Source of the DNA: an uncultured bacterium
GTDB lineage: Bacteria > Chloroflexota > UBA5177 > JANWHV01
NCBI GenBank assembly: GCA_963729625.1
Contig: CAVSOU010000011.1
Span: forward strand, 736,001-800,000
Direction: 5' to 3'
Length of the DNA stretch: 64,000 bases
A program made the translations under genes and the position numbers. This document shows positions 43,963-54,308 of the stretch, piece after piece. The notes beneath the pieces were generated by a model, which had not been told where the DNA came from, made no database searches, and worked only from the letters and a program-made list of their open reading frames with translations. The stretch's first letter is position 1; the number at the start of each line of letters is the position of its first letter.

Positions 43963-46278
43963 ATGGAGCCCTTTTTCACGGCACTGGCTCGCTTCTGCGT
44001 CCGCTTCAAGTACCCGATAGCAGTTCTCTGGATCGTGATCACGTTCGCGAGCGTCTCCTTGTTTCCCGGACTCGCGAGCGTGACCAAGGACCAAAACAGC
44101 AGCTTCTTGCCTTCGAGCGCGCCCTCTATGCAGGCGGCTCAGCTTGCCTCGCCCTGGCAGAACGTCGACTACATTTCCGGGGATATCGTCGCCGCCCGCT
44201 CCGTCGGACCCCTGACCAGGACAGACCAGACTGCCATCGACCGCCTTACGGTAATCCTGAAGACGGTGCCGCACGTCAAATCCGTGCAGGACCAGGGAGT
44301 CTCGGCCGATGGGAAGGCACGTGAGATAGCCATTCAGGCGGACGTCAACTTCAGCGGTACCGGTACGGACAAGACGCTCGTGGACACGATCCGCCACGAC
44401 TTCACCACGGTGGGCGCGCCGCCCGGCCTGCAGATGCACCTAGCCGGCGAACTGGGCATCATCGTCGACCAAGCGCAGGCGCAGTCGAGCTCGCAGGACA
44501 CGACGAGGTACCTGTCATATCTGTTCATCATCGTGCTGCTGCTCATCGCCTTCCGCGCCCTGCTGGCCCCGCTCGTCACGCTCCTGCCGGCCGCGCTCGT
44601 GCTGGCGCTCTCCGGCCCGGTGATCGCTGCCTCTACCCACCTGGGCGTGCAAGTGGGCAGCATCACGCAGGTCATCCTGATCGTGCTCATACTCGGCGCC
44701 GGTACCGACTACGGGCTCTTCCTGGTGTTTCGGGTGCGCGAGGAGCTGCGTCGCGGCCGCACGACCAGCGACGCGGTCATACACGCGCTGACCAACGTAG
44801 GCGAGACGATCAGCTTCTCCGCCTTCACCGTGATCGCCGCTATGCTCAGCCTGCTGCTCTCACAGTTCGGCTTCTATCAGGGGATGGGGCCGGCGCTGGC
44901 CATCGGCATCGGCCTGACGCTCCTTGCCGGCCTGACCTTCTTGCCGGCTGTCCTGGCCATTTTCGGTCGCGCGGTCTTCTGGCCCTCGAGCTCGAAGGCG
45001 ATATCAGGCGACAAGATCGGTCTCTGGGGCTCCGTGGCCGTGCGGGCGGTGCGCCGGCCGGTGATCACCCTCGCGGCATTGATCACAGCCTTCGTGCTGC
45101 TCGCGTGCGGCCTGGTCAACTCCCCAACCACAGGTTTTGGCGACACGGTAACCGGCCCCTCCGGCAGCGACTCCGCTGCCGGCCAGGCTCTGATCGCCGC
45201 GCACTACCCACAGACCGGCAACAGCATCTACCAGACGCTTATTCTGTTCCATTTCGATACGCCGATCTGGGGCCACCTGAACACGCTCGACGCCGTTCAG
45301 GCCGCGCTGGAGCGCAACCAGGCCTTCGCCACGCACAGCCTGAGCGGTCCGCTCAGCCCCTACGGAGCCAGGTTGACGGATAGCAAGCTGGCATCATTGC
45401 ACCGGCAACTTGGCACGGCGCAGAAGCTGCCGCCGGTGCAACCCGCCGGACTCAACAACGTCTCGCCGTTCGACTACCGGGCCTATCGCGCTACCTTCCT
45501 GTACATCAGCGCCGACGGCAGAACGGTCCAGTGGATAGGCTTGCTCAAGTACAACAACACCGGCAGCAGCCACGATCTGAACCAGGTGCCGGTGGTTCGG
45601 GACAGTGTGAGCGGGCTCGGGCGGCAGGTCGGAGCTACGCAGACAGGTATCTTCAGCCAGATGTCGTTCTCCTATGACGTCAGCTCGCTTTCCAACGAGG
45701 ATCTCCACCACATCATTCCTTTCGTGGCGGTGGTCATCGCCATACTGCTCTCAGTCGTCCTGCGCAGCCTGCTGGCCCCGCTCTACCTGGTGGTCAGCGT
45801 CGTGCTGTCGTATCTGGCGGCGCTCGGCTTGTCCGCCTATGTCTTCGTGCATCTCGGTCCCGATTCCGGACTCAACTTCGTGCTGCCGTTCCTGATGTTC
45901 ATCTTCCTCACGGCGTTGGGGTCGGACTACAACATTCTGGTTATGACGCGCATCCGCGAGGAGGCAAGGAAGCGGCCGCTTCGCCAGGCGGTCTGGTACG
46001 CGGTCGGCGTCAGCGGCGGCACGATCACCACGGCCGGCGCCATCCTCGCCGGAACGTTTGCCGTGTTTGCCTTTGCCGCCGGCAACCAGAGCGGCGCCGA
46101 CATGCTTCATCAGATCGGCTACGGCATCGCGGCCGGCGTGCTGATGGACACGTTCCTGATCAGGACGCTGCTCGTGCCGGCGTTCGCGAGCCTGCTCGGC
46201 CGCTGGAACTGGTGGCCATCGGCGCTCTACCACCATCAGGTGGACGACGAGCCCGAGCAGGCGGAAGGAGTCGCCTAG
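43963..46278 (+). CDS. MMPL family (RND) transporter
   Basis: Two repeats with GAGTDYGLFL..R.REE and ALGSDYNILVMTRIREE; GRWNWWPS. Confidence 0.94.
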   Translation: MEPFFTALARFCVRFKYPIAVLWIVITFASVSLFPGLASVTKDQNSSFLPSSAPSMQAAQLASPWQNVDYISGDIVAARSVGPLTRTDQTAIDRLTVILKTVPHVKSVQDQGVSADGKAREIAIQADVNFSGTGTDKTLVDTIRHDFTTVGAPPGLQMHLAGELGIIVDQAQAQSSSQDTTRYLSYLFIIVLLLIAFRALLAPLVTLLPAALVLALSGPVIAASTHLGVQVGSITQVILIVLILGAGTDYGLFLVFRVREELRRGRTTSDAVIHALTNVGETISFSAFTVIAAMLSLLLSQFGFYQGMGPALAIGIGLTLLAGLTFLPAVLAIFGRAVFWPSSSKAISGDKIGLWGSVAVRAVRRPVITLAALITAFVLLACGLVNSPTTGFGDTVTGPSGSDSAAGQALIAAHYPQTGNSIYQTLILFHFDTPIWGHLNTLDAVQAALERNQAFATHSLSGPLSPYGARLTDSKLASLHRQLGTAQKLPPVQPAGLNNVSPFDYRAYRATFLYISADGRTVQWIGLLKYNNTGSSHDLNQVPVVRDSVSGLGRQVGATQTGIFSQMSFSYDVSSLSNEDLHHIIPFVAVVIAILLSVVLRSLLAPLYLVVSVVLSYLAALGLSAYVFVHLGPDSGLNFVLPFLMFIFLTALGSDYNILVMTRIREEARKRPLRQAVWYAVGVSGGTITTAGAILAGTFAVFAFAAGNQSGADMLHQIGYGIAAGVLMDTFLIRTLLVPAFASLLGRWNWWPSALYHHQVDDEPEQAEGVA

Positions 46279-46282
46279 CGAG

Positions 46283-48904
46283 CTACGCGTCGAGTGCCGC
46301 GGGTTCCGCCTGCTCGCGTCGATGCAAGAATACGAGGCGTCCGGCCTCGACATCTACCAGCACGGTCTCTCCGCCGGCGAATTCGCCGCGAAGAACGGCC
46401 GAGGCCAGCGGATCGAGGACGCGACGCTGCAGCGCCCGCTTGAGCGGACGAGCGCCGTATATTGGATCGTAGCCTTCGTCGGCAATCAGATCCTTTGCCG
46501 CGGCTGTCAACTCCAGGCTCAGATGCCGCTCGGCCAGACGCGGCCGCAGCGTTCTGAGCTGAATCTCCACGATCTCGCCGATCTGGTCGCGCGTGAGGCT
46601 GCTAAATGTGACGACGTCGTCCACACGGTTCAGGAACTCGGGTCGGAAGTGCACACGCAGCGCGTCGTTGACGCGCCGCCGCATCTCCTCTTGGTCGAAC
46701 GTGCCAAGCTCCGCGATGTACTGGCTCCCGATATTGCTCGTCATCACGATAATGGTGTTCGTGAAATCGACCGTTCTGCCCTGACCGTCCGTGAGGCGGC
46801 CATCATCCAGCACCTGAAGGAGGACGTTGAAGACATCGGCATGCGCCTTCTCGATTTCGTCGAGAAGCAGCACACAGTAGGGCCGGCGTCGCACGGCCTC
46901 GGTAAGCTGGCCGCCTTCATCGTAACCGACGTAGCCGGGCGGGGCGCCGACGAGTCGCGACACGCTGTGCCGCTCCATGTACTCACTCATATCGATGCGG
47001 ATCATCGCGCGTTCATCGTCGAAGAGGAACTCGGCAAGCGCGCGCGCCAACTCCGTCTTGCCCACGCCAGTTGGTCCAAGGAAGATGAAGGAGCCCAGCG
47101 GCCGGTTGGGATCCTGCAGGCCGGCTCGGGCACGGCGAATGGCATTGGAGACCACGGCAATCGCCTCGTCCTGGCCCACGACGCGAAGGTGCAACTTCTC
47201 CTCCATGCCCAGGAGTTTCTGCAGCTCTGCCTCCAGGAGGCGCGTGACTGGAATGCCGGTCCAGCGGCTGACTACCGTGGCGATGTCTTCCTCGTCGACC
47301 ACTTCTTTCAGCAGGCGCTGGCCATCTCCTTCCGCGTCCACCGTGGCCTGCTTCTCGCGCAGCTCTCGCTCGAGCGCGGGAAGCACGCCATAGCGCAACT
47401 CCGCAGCCCGGTTGAGATCGTATGCGCGTTCGGCTTGCTCCATCTGCAGCTTGTTGGCCTCAATCTTCTCGCGCAGATCGCGAACTGCGGTGAGAGCGGC
47501 CTTCTCCTGCTGCCACTTCGCCTTCAGAGTGCTGCCCTCTTCGCGCAACTGCGCGAGCTCTACCTCGAGGCGCTGCAAGCGGTCGCGCGATCCGCTATCA
47601 ACTTCCTTTTGCAAGGCCTGGCGCTCGATTTCTAGCTGCATGCGCCGCCGCTCGATCTCGTCGAGCTCGATGGGCATGGAATCGATCTCCATGCGCAAGC
47701 TTGCCGCGGCTTCGTCAATCAAGTCGATGGCCTTATCGGGCAGGAATCGATCGGCAATGTAGCGGTTGGAAAGCACGGCGGCGGCCACCAGCGCCGCGTC
47801 CTTGATCTGCACGCCGTGGTGCACCTCGTACCTCTCACGGAGACCGCGCAGAATGCTGATCGTGTCCTCCACGGTTGGTTCAGTCACCAGTACCTGCTGG
47901 AAGCGCCGTTCAAGCGCGGCGTCCTGTTCGATGTTCTTCCGGTATTCGTCGAGCGTGGTCGCCCCGATGCAGTGCAGCTCGCCTCTGGCAAGCATCGGCT
48001 TGAGCAAATTGCTGGCGTCCATGGAGCCTTCCGCTTTGCCCGCGCCGACGACGGTGTGGATCTCGTCGATAAACAGGATGATGCCACCCGCGGCCTTCTG
48101 CACCTCCTGCAGCACGGCTTTGAGGCGTTCCTCGAATTCGCCCCGATACTTAGCGCCCGCGATCAGGGCGCCCATGTCCAGGGCGACGAGGCGACGATCC
48201 TTGAGGCTCTCCGGCACGTCGCCGCGGACGATTCGGGTCGCGAGTCCCTCGGCAATAGCTGTTTTGCCCACGCCGGGCTCGCCGATCAACACGGGGTTGT
48301 TCTTCGTACGCCTGGAGAGGATCTGCATGACGCGCCGGATCTCGTCGTCACGCCCGATCACCGGATCGAGCTTGCCCTCACGGGCCAGGGCCGTGAGGTC
48401 GCGCCCGTAACGATCGAGCGCCTGGTACGTTTCCTCCGCGCTGGCCGAGGCCGCGCGCTTGCCGCCACGAATGCTTTCGGCGGCTGCACGGATACGGCCG
48501 GCATCCCCGCCCGCCTGGCGCAGCAGGTCGCCGGCACGATCGCCCCGGGCCGCGCCGGCCAACGCCAGAAGCAGATGCTCCACGGCAATGTATTGGTCGC
48601 CCATCGCCCCGGCCTCGCGGTGTGCCCGCGGAAGGAGCGACCTGAAGCCGGGCGAGTAGCCAATCTGGGCGTCACCGCCGACGCGCGGCAGCCTGCCGAT
48701 TTCTTGATCGGTGCGCTTGAGCAGTCCGGCGGGATCGACGTTGGCCAGGCGGAGGATGGAGGCTGCTGGACCATCCGGCTGCGCCAGCAGCGCGCTCAGC
48801 AGGTGCAGCGTCTCTATCTCCGGATTGCCGCTCGCCGTGGCCCGATTCTGAGCGGTCAGGATCGCTTCCTGGGTCTTCTCGGTCAGTTGGTACTCATTCA
48901 TCAT
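46283..48904 (-). CDS. clpB: ATP-dependent chaperone ClpB
   Basis: [21 protein letters not shown], coiled-coil M domain, [15 protein letters not shown]. Confidence 0.98.
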   Translation of the reverse strand: MMNEYQLTEKTQEAILTAQNRATASGNPEIETLHLLSALLAQPDGPAASILRLANVDPAGLLKRTDQEIGRLPRVGGDAQIGYSPGFRSLLPRAHREAGAMGDQYIAVEHLLLALAGAARGDRAGDLLRQAGGDAGRIRAAAESIRGGKRAASASAEETYQALDRYGRDLTALAREGKLDPVIGRDDEIRRVMQILSRRTKNNPVLIGEPGVGKTAIAEGLATRIVRGDVPESLKDRRLVALDMGALIAGAKYRGEFEERLKAVLQEVQKAAGGIILFIDEIHTVVGAGKAEGSMDASNLLKPMLARGELHCIGATTLDEYRKNIEQDAALERRFQQVLVTEPTVEDTISILRGLRERYEVHHGVQIKDAALVAAAVLSNRYIADRFLPDKAIDLIDEAAASLRMEIDSMPIELDEIERRRMQLEIERQALQKEVDSGSRDRLQRLEVELAQLREEGSTLKAKWQQEKAALTAVRDLREKIEANKLQMEQAERAYDLNRAAELRYGVLPALERELREKQATVDAEGDGQRLLKEVVDEEDIATVVSRWTGIPVTRLLEAELQKLLGMEEKLHLRVVGQDEAIAVVSNAIRRARAGLQDPNRPLGSFIFLGPTGVGKTELARALAEFLFDDERAMIRIDMSEYMERHSVSRLVGAPPGYVGYDEGGQLTEAVRRRPYCVLLLDEIEKAHADVFNVLLQVLDDGRLTDGQGRTVDFTNTIIVMTSNIGSQYIAELGTFDQEEMRRRVNDALRVHFRPEFLNRVDDVVTFSSLTRDQIGEIVEIQLRTLRPRLAERHLSLELTAAAKDLIADEGYDPIYGARPLKRALQRRVLDPLASAVLRGEFAGGETVLVDVEAGRLVFLHRREQAEPAALDA

Positions 48905-48947
48905 TCGACATCCGTACGGCGTGTATTGTATGCCGACAACTAAGCTT

Positions 48948-48999
48948 ACTTGATAATCTATCTATCAAGTATTCTACACCCTGGCGGGGCGCGGATCAA
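48948..48999 (-). promoter_or_regulatory. clpB promoter with HAIR-like inverted repeat
   Basis: Minus strand TTGATC-17bp-TAGAAT followed by perfect ACTTGATA-N7-TATCAAGT (48948-48970). Confidence 0.75.
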
Positions 49000-49009
49000 G
49001 GGGCGGTAT

Positions 49010-50272
49010 TCAGCCGGCGGCGGCCTGGCGATACCTTCCGATGACGGCGGCACCGAGAGTGGCGAACTCCCTGATCCGTTCCTCACCGCTGGCATAGGCC
49101 GCGTTTGGCTGTCCGTCGTCGCCCACGAAGCCTGTCTGCCCGTGCGCGGCCAGGAACTGATGGGCGGCCACCACGCAGGCGCCTTCCCAGAATATGTCCT
49201 TGAGATAATCGGGGATCGGCGTCCCGCCGGCACAGGTCGGCTCCATCGGTACCATGTCCAGCGTGTTGTGCTCTGTTCCTGCCAGCACGATCATTCCGGC
49301 CGCCCGCAGTGCCGCGGTATAGCGTTCCACTACCTCCGGCGTGTTCCGATTCGGCACCAGCTCCGTGCAGAAGATCTGCCGTGCTTGCACCGATTCGATC
49401 AGCCGGCCCACCGAACACTCGAATTCGGACATCGGTTCCATGCCGTCGGCTACGATCGTATAGCAGGGGATGCCGCCCAGTGCGAGCACCAGGTCGTATA
49501 CGTGCTGGAAGCCCACGTAGGTCTCCTGCACGAAGCCGGGCTTGCCGGCCTTGATCAGCTGTGCCCGCAGCTCGTGCTGGATGGCATTGGCATCGTCGGG
49601 CCGGGCGCTGGACGCGGCGCCAAGCACACTGGTAAGCGCGTCAGCTCGCCTGTCCACCGGCACGCGGGCGAATAGTGCTTGCTGGAAGGCCTGGGCCACG
49701 TGTCGTTCCTGCAGATACACAGGGCTGTCCGCCGACAGACCATGCCGGAGCCTGACCATGTTCTTGACCGACTCCTCGCCGATGTCGACCGCGATGCCTC
49801 CCCGCCTGAATACGGTGCTGACCATGTCAATCATGGTCGTCATGCGGGCTGCGTCGTTCCCGCGAATCACGTCGATGCGCTGCCGCGCCGCGACACTCAT
49901 CGGCTCGAATGCCGACAAGCCCTTCGCGCACAGGTACATCTTCCCTGGGTTGCCCGGATCGTTGAGTCGCACGCCGGCCTCGCGCAGATCGTCAATCATG
50001 CAAATCACTTCCAAGCCGAACAGTGGGAAGATGCCTCTATTCCTGGCCAACCGTGCGAACGGCGTGTAGACGCTCCAGTCGTAGTAGTTGCTGGCGCCGA
50101 GCACCCCTATGTCCTGCGCAGCCGATCGGTCGACAAGCTCGGCAATTGTAGCGAAGGCCGAGAAGTTTGGCGGCAGGTGAACGTGCGAGTTCACCTTCAG
50201 GCGGGGCCAGGCCCCGGAGCCCCGCGCCGCCCGCAAGTCGGCCTCGGGACCCAGTTCTCTCAGCGCGTTCAT
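49010..50272 (-). CDS. PHP-domain-like metal-binding hypothetical protein
   Basis: VNSHVH, FGLE, LAGTEHNT motifs of the PHP barrel. Confidence 0.7.
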   Translation of the reverse strand: MNALRELGPEADLRAARGSGAWPRLKVNSHVHLPPNFSAFATIAELVDRSAAQDIGVLGASNYYDWSVYTPFARLARNRGIFPLFGLEVICMIDDLREAGVRLNDPGNPGKMYLCAKGLSAFEPMSVAARQRIDVIRGNDAARMTTMIDMVSTVFRRGGIAVDIGEESVKNMVRLRHGLSADSPVYLQERHVAQAFQQALFARVPVDRRADALTSVLGAASSARPDDANAIQHELRAQLIKAGKPGFVQETYVGFQHVYDLVLALGGIPCYTIVADGMEPMSEFECSVGRLIESVQARQIFCTELVPNRNTPEVVERYTAALRAAGMIVLAGTEHNTLDMVPMEPTCAGGTPIPDYLKDIFWEGACVVAAHQFLAAHGQTGFVGDDGQPNAAYASGEERIREFATLGAAVIGRYRQAAAG

Positions 50273-50803
50273 CTTGGCTGCTCCGTTCCTGCAAGTGACG
50301 TCCGTTTCGCGGCCCAATGCTCATAGGCAGGGAATCGAGCGGATGCGCGCATCTTTCCCCTGGCCTTGGCGTCATCGTGCCTGGAGGGGGGGGGTGCCTC
50401 CAGCATGACAGGATCGCATGATGGCACGTGCAGCACCGTGATGTTTCAACCGGTCGACAATCCTATCGTAACGTTCTCACGCCACGATCGATGCGACGTG
50501 GCTGTGAGCAGGCGGTGGGCCGATCCCGCTGACGCTGCCGATGGAGCCTGCCAACCGGCTACGGAGTGCAAATATCGAGGGAACCTCCGCTTGAAAGCGG
50601 ATGGCAGGGCTCTCGCCGGATGAGTCAGGCCGCGATGGTAGCCGCCCGCGCCCGGATCTATCCGGTCGTCGCTTCCATCTAGATGTATCCAGAGGCTTCC
50701 TGGCACTCTGTGCAGACTTCGTGAAGCCGGCTGAGCCAGGGTGTGAGTACAGACACCGGGTGCTATACTAGGTGTTGGACCAACACGATGCGAAGGTCCG
50801 CCG

Positions 50804-50888
50804 CTAGGGGTGCGCGCAGGCGCTGAGAGGTGGCTATAAGCCATCAACCCTCTGAACCTGATCCGGCTAGTACCGGCGAAGGGAAGCC
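50804..50888 (+). ncRNA. TPP riboswitch
   Basis: GGGGTG...GCTGAGA...AACCC..TGAACCTGATCCGGCTAGTACCGGCGAAGGGA; extended -10 TGCTATACT at 50761; upstream of a thiamine-precursor ABC system. Confidence 0.96.
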
Positions 50889-50910
50889 GCAACGGCGCTC
50901 AAGGAGGATG

Positions 50911-50952
50911 GGCCGCCGGCTCCCAGCAACGGGAACCGGCGGCCTTCGTGTT
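50911..50952 (+). terminator. Hairpin in the riboswitch expression platform
   Basis: GGCCGCCGG.TCCC...GGGA.CCGGCGGCC followed by a weak U tail TTCGTGTT. Confidence 0.5.
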
Positions 50953-50993
50953 GCAGCAGACTCATCTGCTGCCGCCGAAAGGAGCGCCGGTCA

Positions 50994-51794
50994 ATGGCCA
51001 CGCCGTATGTCCGTGTCGAACACGTCAGCCACGCCTTCGCGCGAAGCCGGGATCCGGCCGTCGAGGCGCTGCGGGATATCTCATTCTCCGTCGAACCAGG
51101 CGAGTTCGTCAGCCTCGTAGGGCCGAGCGGCTGCGGCAAAAGCACACTCTTGCGCCTGCTGGCCGGACTTCTGCGCCCTACCGGCGGTGCTGTCGCCGTT
51201 GAGGGTGCGCCGCCCGGAGGCCTCCTCGGCGCCGCCGGTTACATGCCGCAACGCGACCTGCTTATGCCCTGGCGCTCGGTCATCGACAACGCAACCGTCG
51301 CCCTGGAGTTCGCCGGTGTTCCGCGTCGCGCGGCGCGCGAACGCGCCCGCGCGCTGCTGCCCACCTTCGGCCTCGAGGGATTCGAGCGGATGCGCCCGTC
51401 CGCTCTCTCCGGTGGCATGCGCCAACGCGTGTCGCTTCTCCGTACTGTCCTGGCCGGCCACCGTTTGCTGCTGCTCGACGAGCCCTTCGGCGCCCTCGAC
51501 GCTATCACCCGGGCCGATCTGCACGAATGGCTGGCCGGTGTTTTGGCCCAGATCGAAGCAACGGTGATTTTGGTAACACATGACCTGGAGGAGGCGGCAT
51601 ACCTCTCCGATCGCGTGTACGTGATGACCGATCGCCCGGGACGGATAGCCGCCACCGTGGCCGTGCCGATCCGCCGTCCCCGCGCCTACGAAACAACCGC
51701 CGGCAGCGAGTATGTCGACATAAAGCGGGAGCTGCTCGTGGCACTGCGCGCGTCGCGCCGGCCGCACGCCCCGGCGACTGGAGGCACCCCATGA
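50994..51794 (+). CDS. thiZ: Thiamine/HMP ABC transporter ATP-binding protein (ThiZ-like)
   Basis: GPSGCGKS, LSGGMRQR, LLLDEPFGALD; under the TPP riboswitch. Confidence 0.88.
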   Translation: MATPYVRVEHVSHAFARSRDPAVEALRDISFSVEPGEFVSLVGPSGCGKSTLLRLLAGLLRPTGGAVAVEGAPPGGLLGAAGYMPQRDLLMPWRSVIDNATVALEFAGVPRRAARERARALLPTFGLEGFERMRPSALSGGMRQRVSLLRTVLAGHRLLLLDEPFGALDAITRADLHEWLAGVLAQIEATVILVTHDLEEAAYLSDRVYVMTDRPGRIAATVAVPIRRPRAYETTAGSEYVDIKRELLVALRASRRPHAPATGGTP

Positions 51795-52654
51795 GGCAGC
51801 AGGCCCGATCCCAGCCGCTGGTGGCGCCGCGGCTCAGCCGGGATTCCGCTGCCGCGCCATCGCCGAGGCCTCGCGGCGCATGGATCCGGCAGCACGGGGC
51901 CGGGTGGTTGCTTTCCGCACTGATCGTCGCCGGGTTGCTGCTCTGCTGGCAAGCGGCAATCTGGCTCGGGCATCTTGAAGAGTACATCTTGCCCACACCG
52001 TTGCAGGTAGTGCAGGCATTCGGCGAGAGCGATACGCGCAACTTGATCCTCGACAACCTTGGCCCAACGTTGACCGAGGCCGTGGCAGGCTTCGTGTTGT
52101 GCCTGGTGATCGGCGCGCTGCTCGCCGTCGCCATGTTCGCCTCGCGCGTCGTTCGCGACGGGCTCTACCCACTCCTGATTGCCTCGCAGGCAATTCCCAC
52201 CATCGCGATCGGAGCCATCCTGCTCGTTGCCCTCGGCTACGGCCCACAGCCAAAGATTGCGGTGGTCGTGCTGTACTCATTCTTCGCGGTGAGTGTCAAC
52301 GTCTACGACAGTCTGCAGTCACTCGACCCCGAGCTTCCGGCGCTGCTCCGCACGTTGGGCGCCTCGCCCTGGCAAGTGCTGTGGACCGCGCGCGTCCCGG
52401 CCGCCTTGCCAGGCTTCTTCACCGGCGCCAAGCTGGCCGCCACCTACAGCGTCTCGGGCGCGATCTACGGTGAGTGGGTGGGCGCCACCGGCGGTTTGGG
52501 ATACGCCCTGCAGATGGCAGCCAATCAGAATCATTCGCCCACGGTGCTGGCCATCGTCGTTGTGATGGCCATGCTCGGCATACTGGCATTCTCTCTTGTC
52601 GCCGTCCTCGAGCGACTGTTTGTTCCCTGGTGTCACGGAGGTTTGGATCGATGA
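51791..52654 (+). CDS. thiX: Thiamine/HMP ABC transporter permease (ThiX-like)
   Basis: YILPTP, LIASQAIP, GAIYGEWVGA. Confidence 0.88.
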   Translation: MRQQARSQPLVAPRLSRDSAAAPSPRPRGAWIRQHGAGWLLSALIVAGLLLCWQAAIWLGHLEEYILPTPLQVVQAFGESDTRNLILDNLGPTLTEAVAGFVLCLVIGALLAVAMFASRVVRDGLYPLLIASQAIPTIAIGAILLVALGYGPQPKIAVVVLYSFFAVSVNVYDSLQSLDPELPALLRTLGASPWQVLWTARVPAALPGFFTGAKLAATYSVSGAIYGEWVGATGGLGYALQMAANQNHSPTVLAIVVVMAMLGILAFSLVAVLERLFVPWCHGGLDR

Positions 52655-53691
52655 ACCAGAGAGTTAGCTTGAATCCAGCACGTCAGTGCAGTAAGAAGAG
52701 CGCGGCCGCGCTCCGCGTCCTGAGCATCGTTGCCCTGTGTGTCGCGGTGCTCGGTGCGGCCTCCGCCCCCGCCAGGGCCGCCACCGGCCGGCACAACGTG
52801 ACCGTGTGGCTCGACTGGTACCCCAATACGGACCACGCCGGCATCTACGTGGCCCTGGCCAGGGGCTACTACGCAGCGGCTGGGATGAACGTCAAGGCGC
52901 AGGTGCCGTCGGGCGCCGCGGACGCCGTCAAGCTCGTGGCGCACGGCACCGGTGATATTGCCATATCCTACGAGCCGACGGTCTTGCTCTCGCGCCAGGA
53001 GGGCATTCCGGTGCTCGCGGTTGCCGCAATCGTGCAGAAGCCCCTCAACGCGGTGCTGGCTTTGAAGAGCACCGGCATCACCCGCCCGAGGCAGCTGGAA
53101 GGGCGCACGGTCGGCATGGCGGGCGATCCGAGCGACTACACCGACCTCGCGGTCCTGCTCAAGAATGACGGTGGCAACGCGAGTAAGGTGCATCAGGTCA
53201 ACGTCGGCTACAATCTCTTGCCGGCGCTCCTTAGCCACCGCGTCGACGCCGTGATCGGCGTCTACTGGACCTGGGAGGCACTGCAAGCGGAGGCTGCCGG
53301 CAAGCCCGTGAACGTCATGCGGCTCGATCGATTCGGCGTGCCGACCTATGATGAGCTGGTCTTCATCACCGGTCGGAATCAGCTTTCCAGCGAGCCTGGC
53401 GTCCTGCGTGCATTCCTGAAGGCCACGTTCGAAGGATACGCCTATGCGGCGGCTCACCCGGCAGAAGCAACGAGCATCCTGCTCAAGGTGCCGGGCGTGC
53501 TCTCCACCAGCCGTGGGCTTATCCAGCAAAGCCTCACGCTCCTGTCGCCGCTCTTCAGAGACGGGACGGGACGGTATGGCACCATGGACATGCACACGTG
53601 GCAGACCTATGCTGACTGGATGACTGCCAACAAGCTCATGCCGGGCCACCTAAACGTTGCCGAGTCCTTGACGAACGCGCTCCTGCCATAA
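52651..53691 (+). CDS. thiY: Thiamine/HMP ABC substrate-binding protein (ThiY, NMT1/THI5 family)
   Basis: Signal peptide; LDWYPNTDHAGIYVA..GYY; GVPTYDELV. Confidence 0.9.
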   Translation: MNQRVSLNPARQCSKKSAAALRVLSIVALCVAVLGAASAPARAATGRHNVTVWLDWYPNTDHAGIYVALARGYYAAAGMNVKAQVPSGAADAVKLVAHGTGDIAISYEPTVLLSRQEGIPVLAVAAIVQKPLNAVLALKSTGITRPRQLEGRTVGMAGDPSDYTDLAVLLKNDGGNASKVHQVNVGYNLLPALLSHRVDAVIGVYWTWEALQAEAAGKPVNVMRLDRFGVPTYDELVFITGRNQLSSEPGVLRAFLKATFEGYAYAAAHPAEATSILLKVPGVLSTSRGLIQQSLTLLSPLFRDGTGRYGTMDMHTWQTYADWMTANKLMPGHLNVAESLTNALLP

Positions 53692-53712
53692 GGCAAGAAC
53701 AGGTCTGACTCC

Positions 53713-53761
53713 CGGTGGTCTTCACGCCGTCTTCCTACTGAAGGCGGCGCGAAGACCACCG
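53713..53761. terminator. Bidirectional hairpin between convergent operons
   Basis: CGGTGGTCTTC.CGCCG.CTTC / GAAG.CGGCG.GAAGACCACCG long stem. Confidence 0.75.
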
Positions 53762-54265
53762 CTAGGCCGGCGCGGACTCGTATGCCTGCAGACTATCTGC
53801 TGGGATCGGGCACGGTCCCTGAGAAGCGACCATCTTTAGGAGAAGACCGCTGAACTGTTTCTGTTCGGCGGTGGACAGGGCATCGACCATCGGCTGCGCT
53901 GCGCGCGCCACCTTTGCCTCGAACTGATCCATCAGGGACTGCCCAACCGGCGTCAGCGTGAGCTGTTTCTGGCGCCGGTCGGCGGGGTTCTCCTGGCGCT
54001 CCATGTAGCCGTCGCGCACGAGTCGATCGACCACCCTGCTGGCCGCGGACTGCGTGATGGAGATACTCATCGCCACGTCGGCCACGCTCAGTGGAGCGCG
54101 CCGCAACATGCGCAGCACGATCAGCTCCGGAAAGGTGAGATCGGCGTGCACCATCTCCTCGAAAGTGGGCCGAATGCTGCCCCACGTTACGATGTTGATC
54201 CAGAGCTCCAGCAGTTGATCGAGCCGTAGCTCCTCCAGCTGCGGATGTCCATATTCGGCGATCAT
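53762..54265 (-). CDS. MarR family regulator
   Basis: ASRVVDRLVRDGYMERQENPADRRQKQLTLT; GGAGG RBS. Confidence 0.92.
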   Translation of the reverse strand: MIAEYGHPQLEELRLDQLLELWINIVTWGSIRPTFEEMVHADLTFPELIVLRMLRRAPLSVADVAMSISITQSAASRVVDRLVRDGYMERQENPADRRQKQLTLTPVGQSLMDQFEAKVARAAQPMVDALSTAEQKQFSGLLLKMVASQGPCPIPADSLQAYESAPA

Positions 54266-54308
54266 CGCAATACATACCTCCTCAGCCCGCGGGCGGCCCA
54301 GCCCAATC

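Noticed and set aside
50460-50480. LacI-like operator CGTAACGTTCTCA upstream of the PHP gene
   Set aside because: Poor symmetry and no LacI gene nearby.
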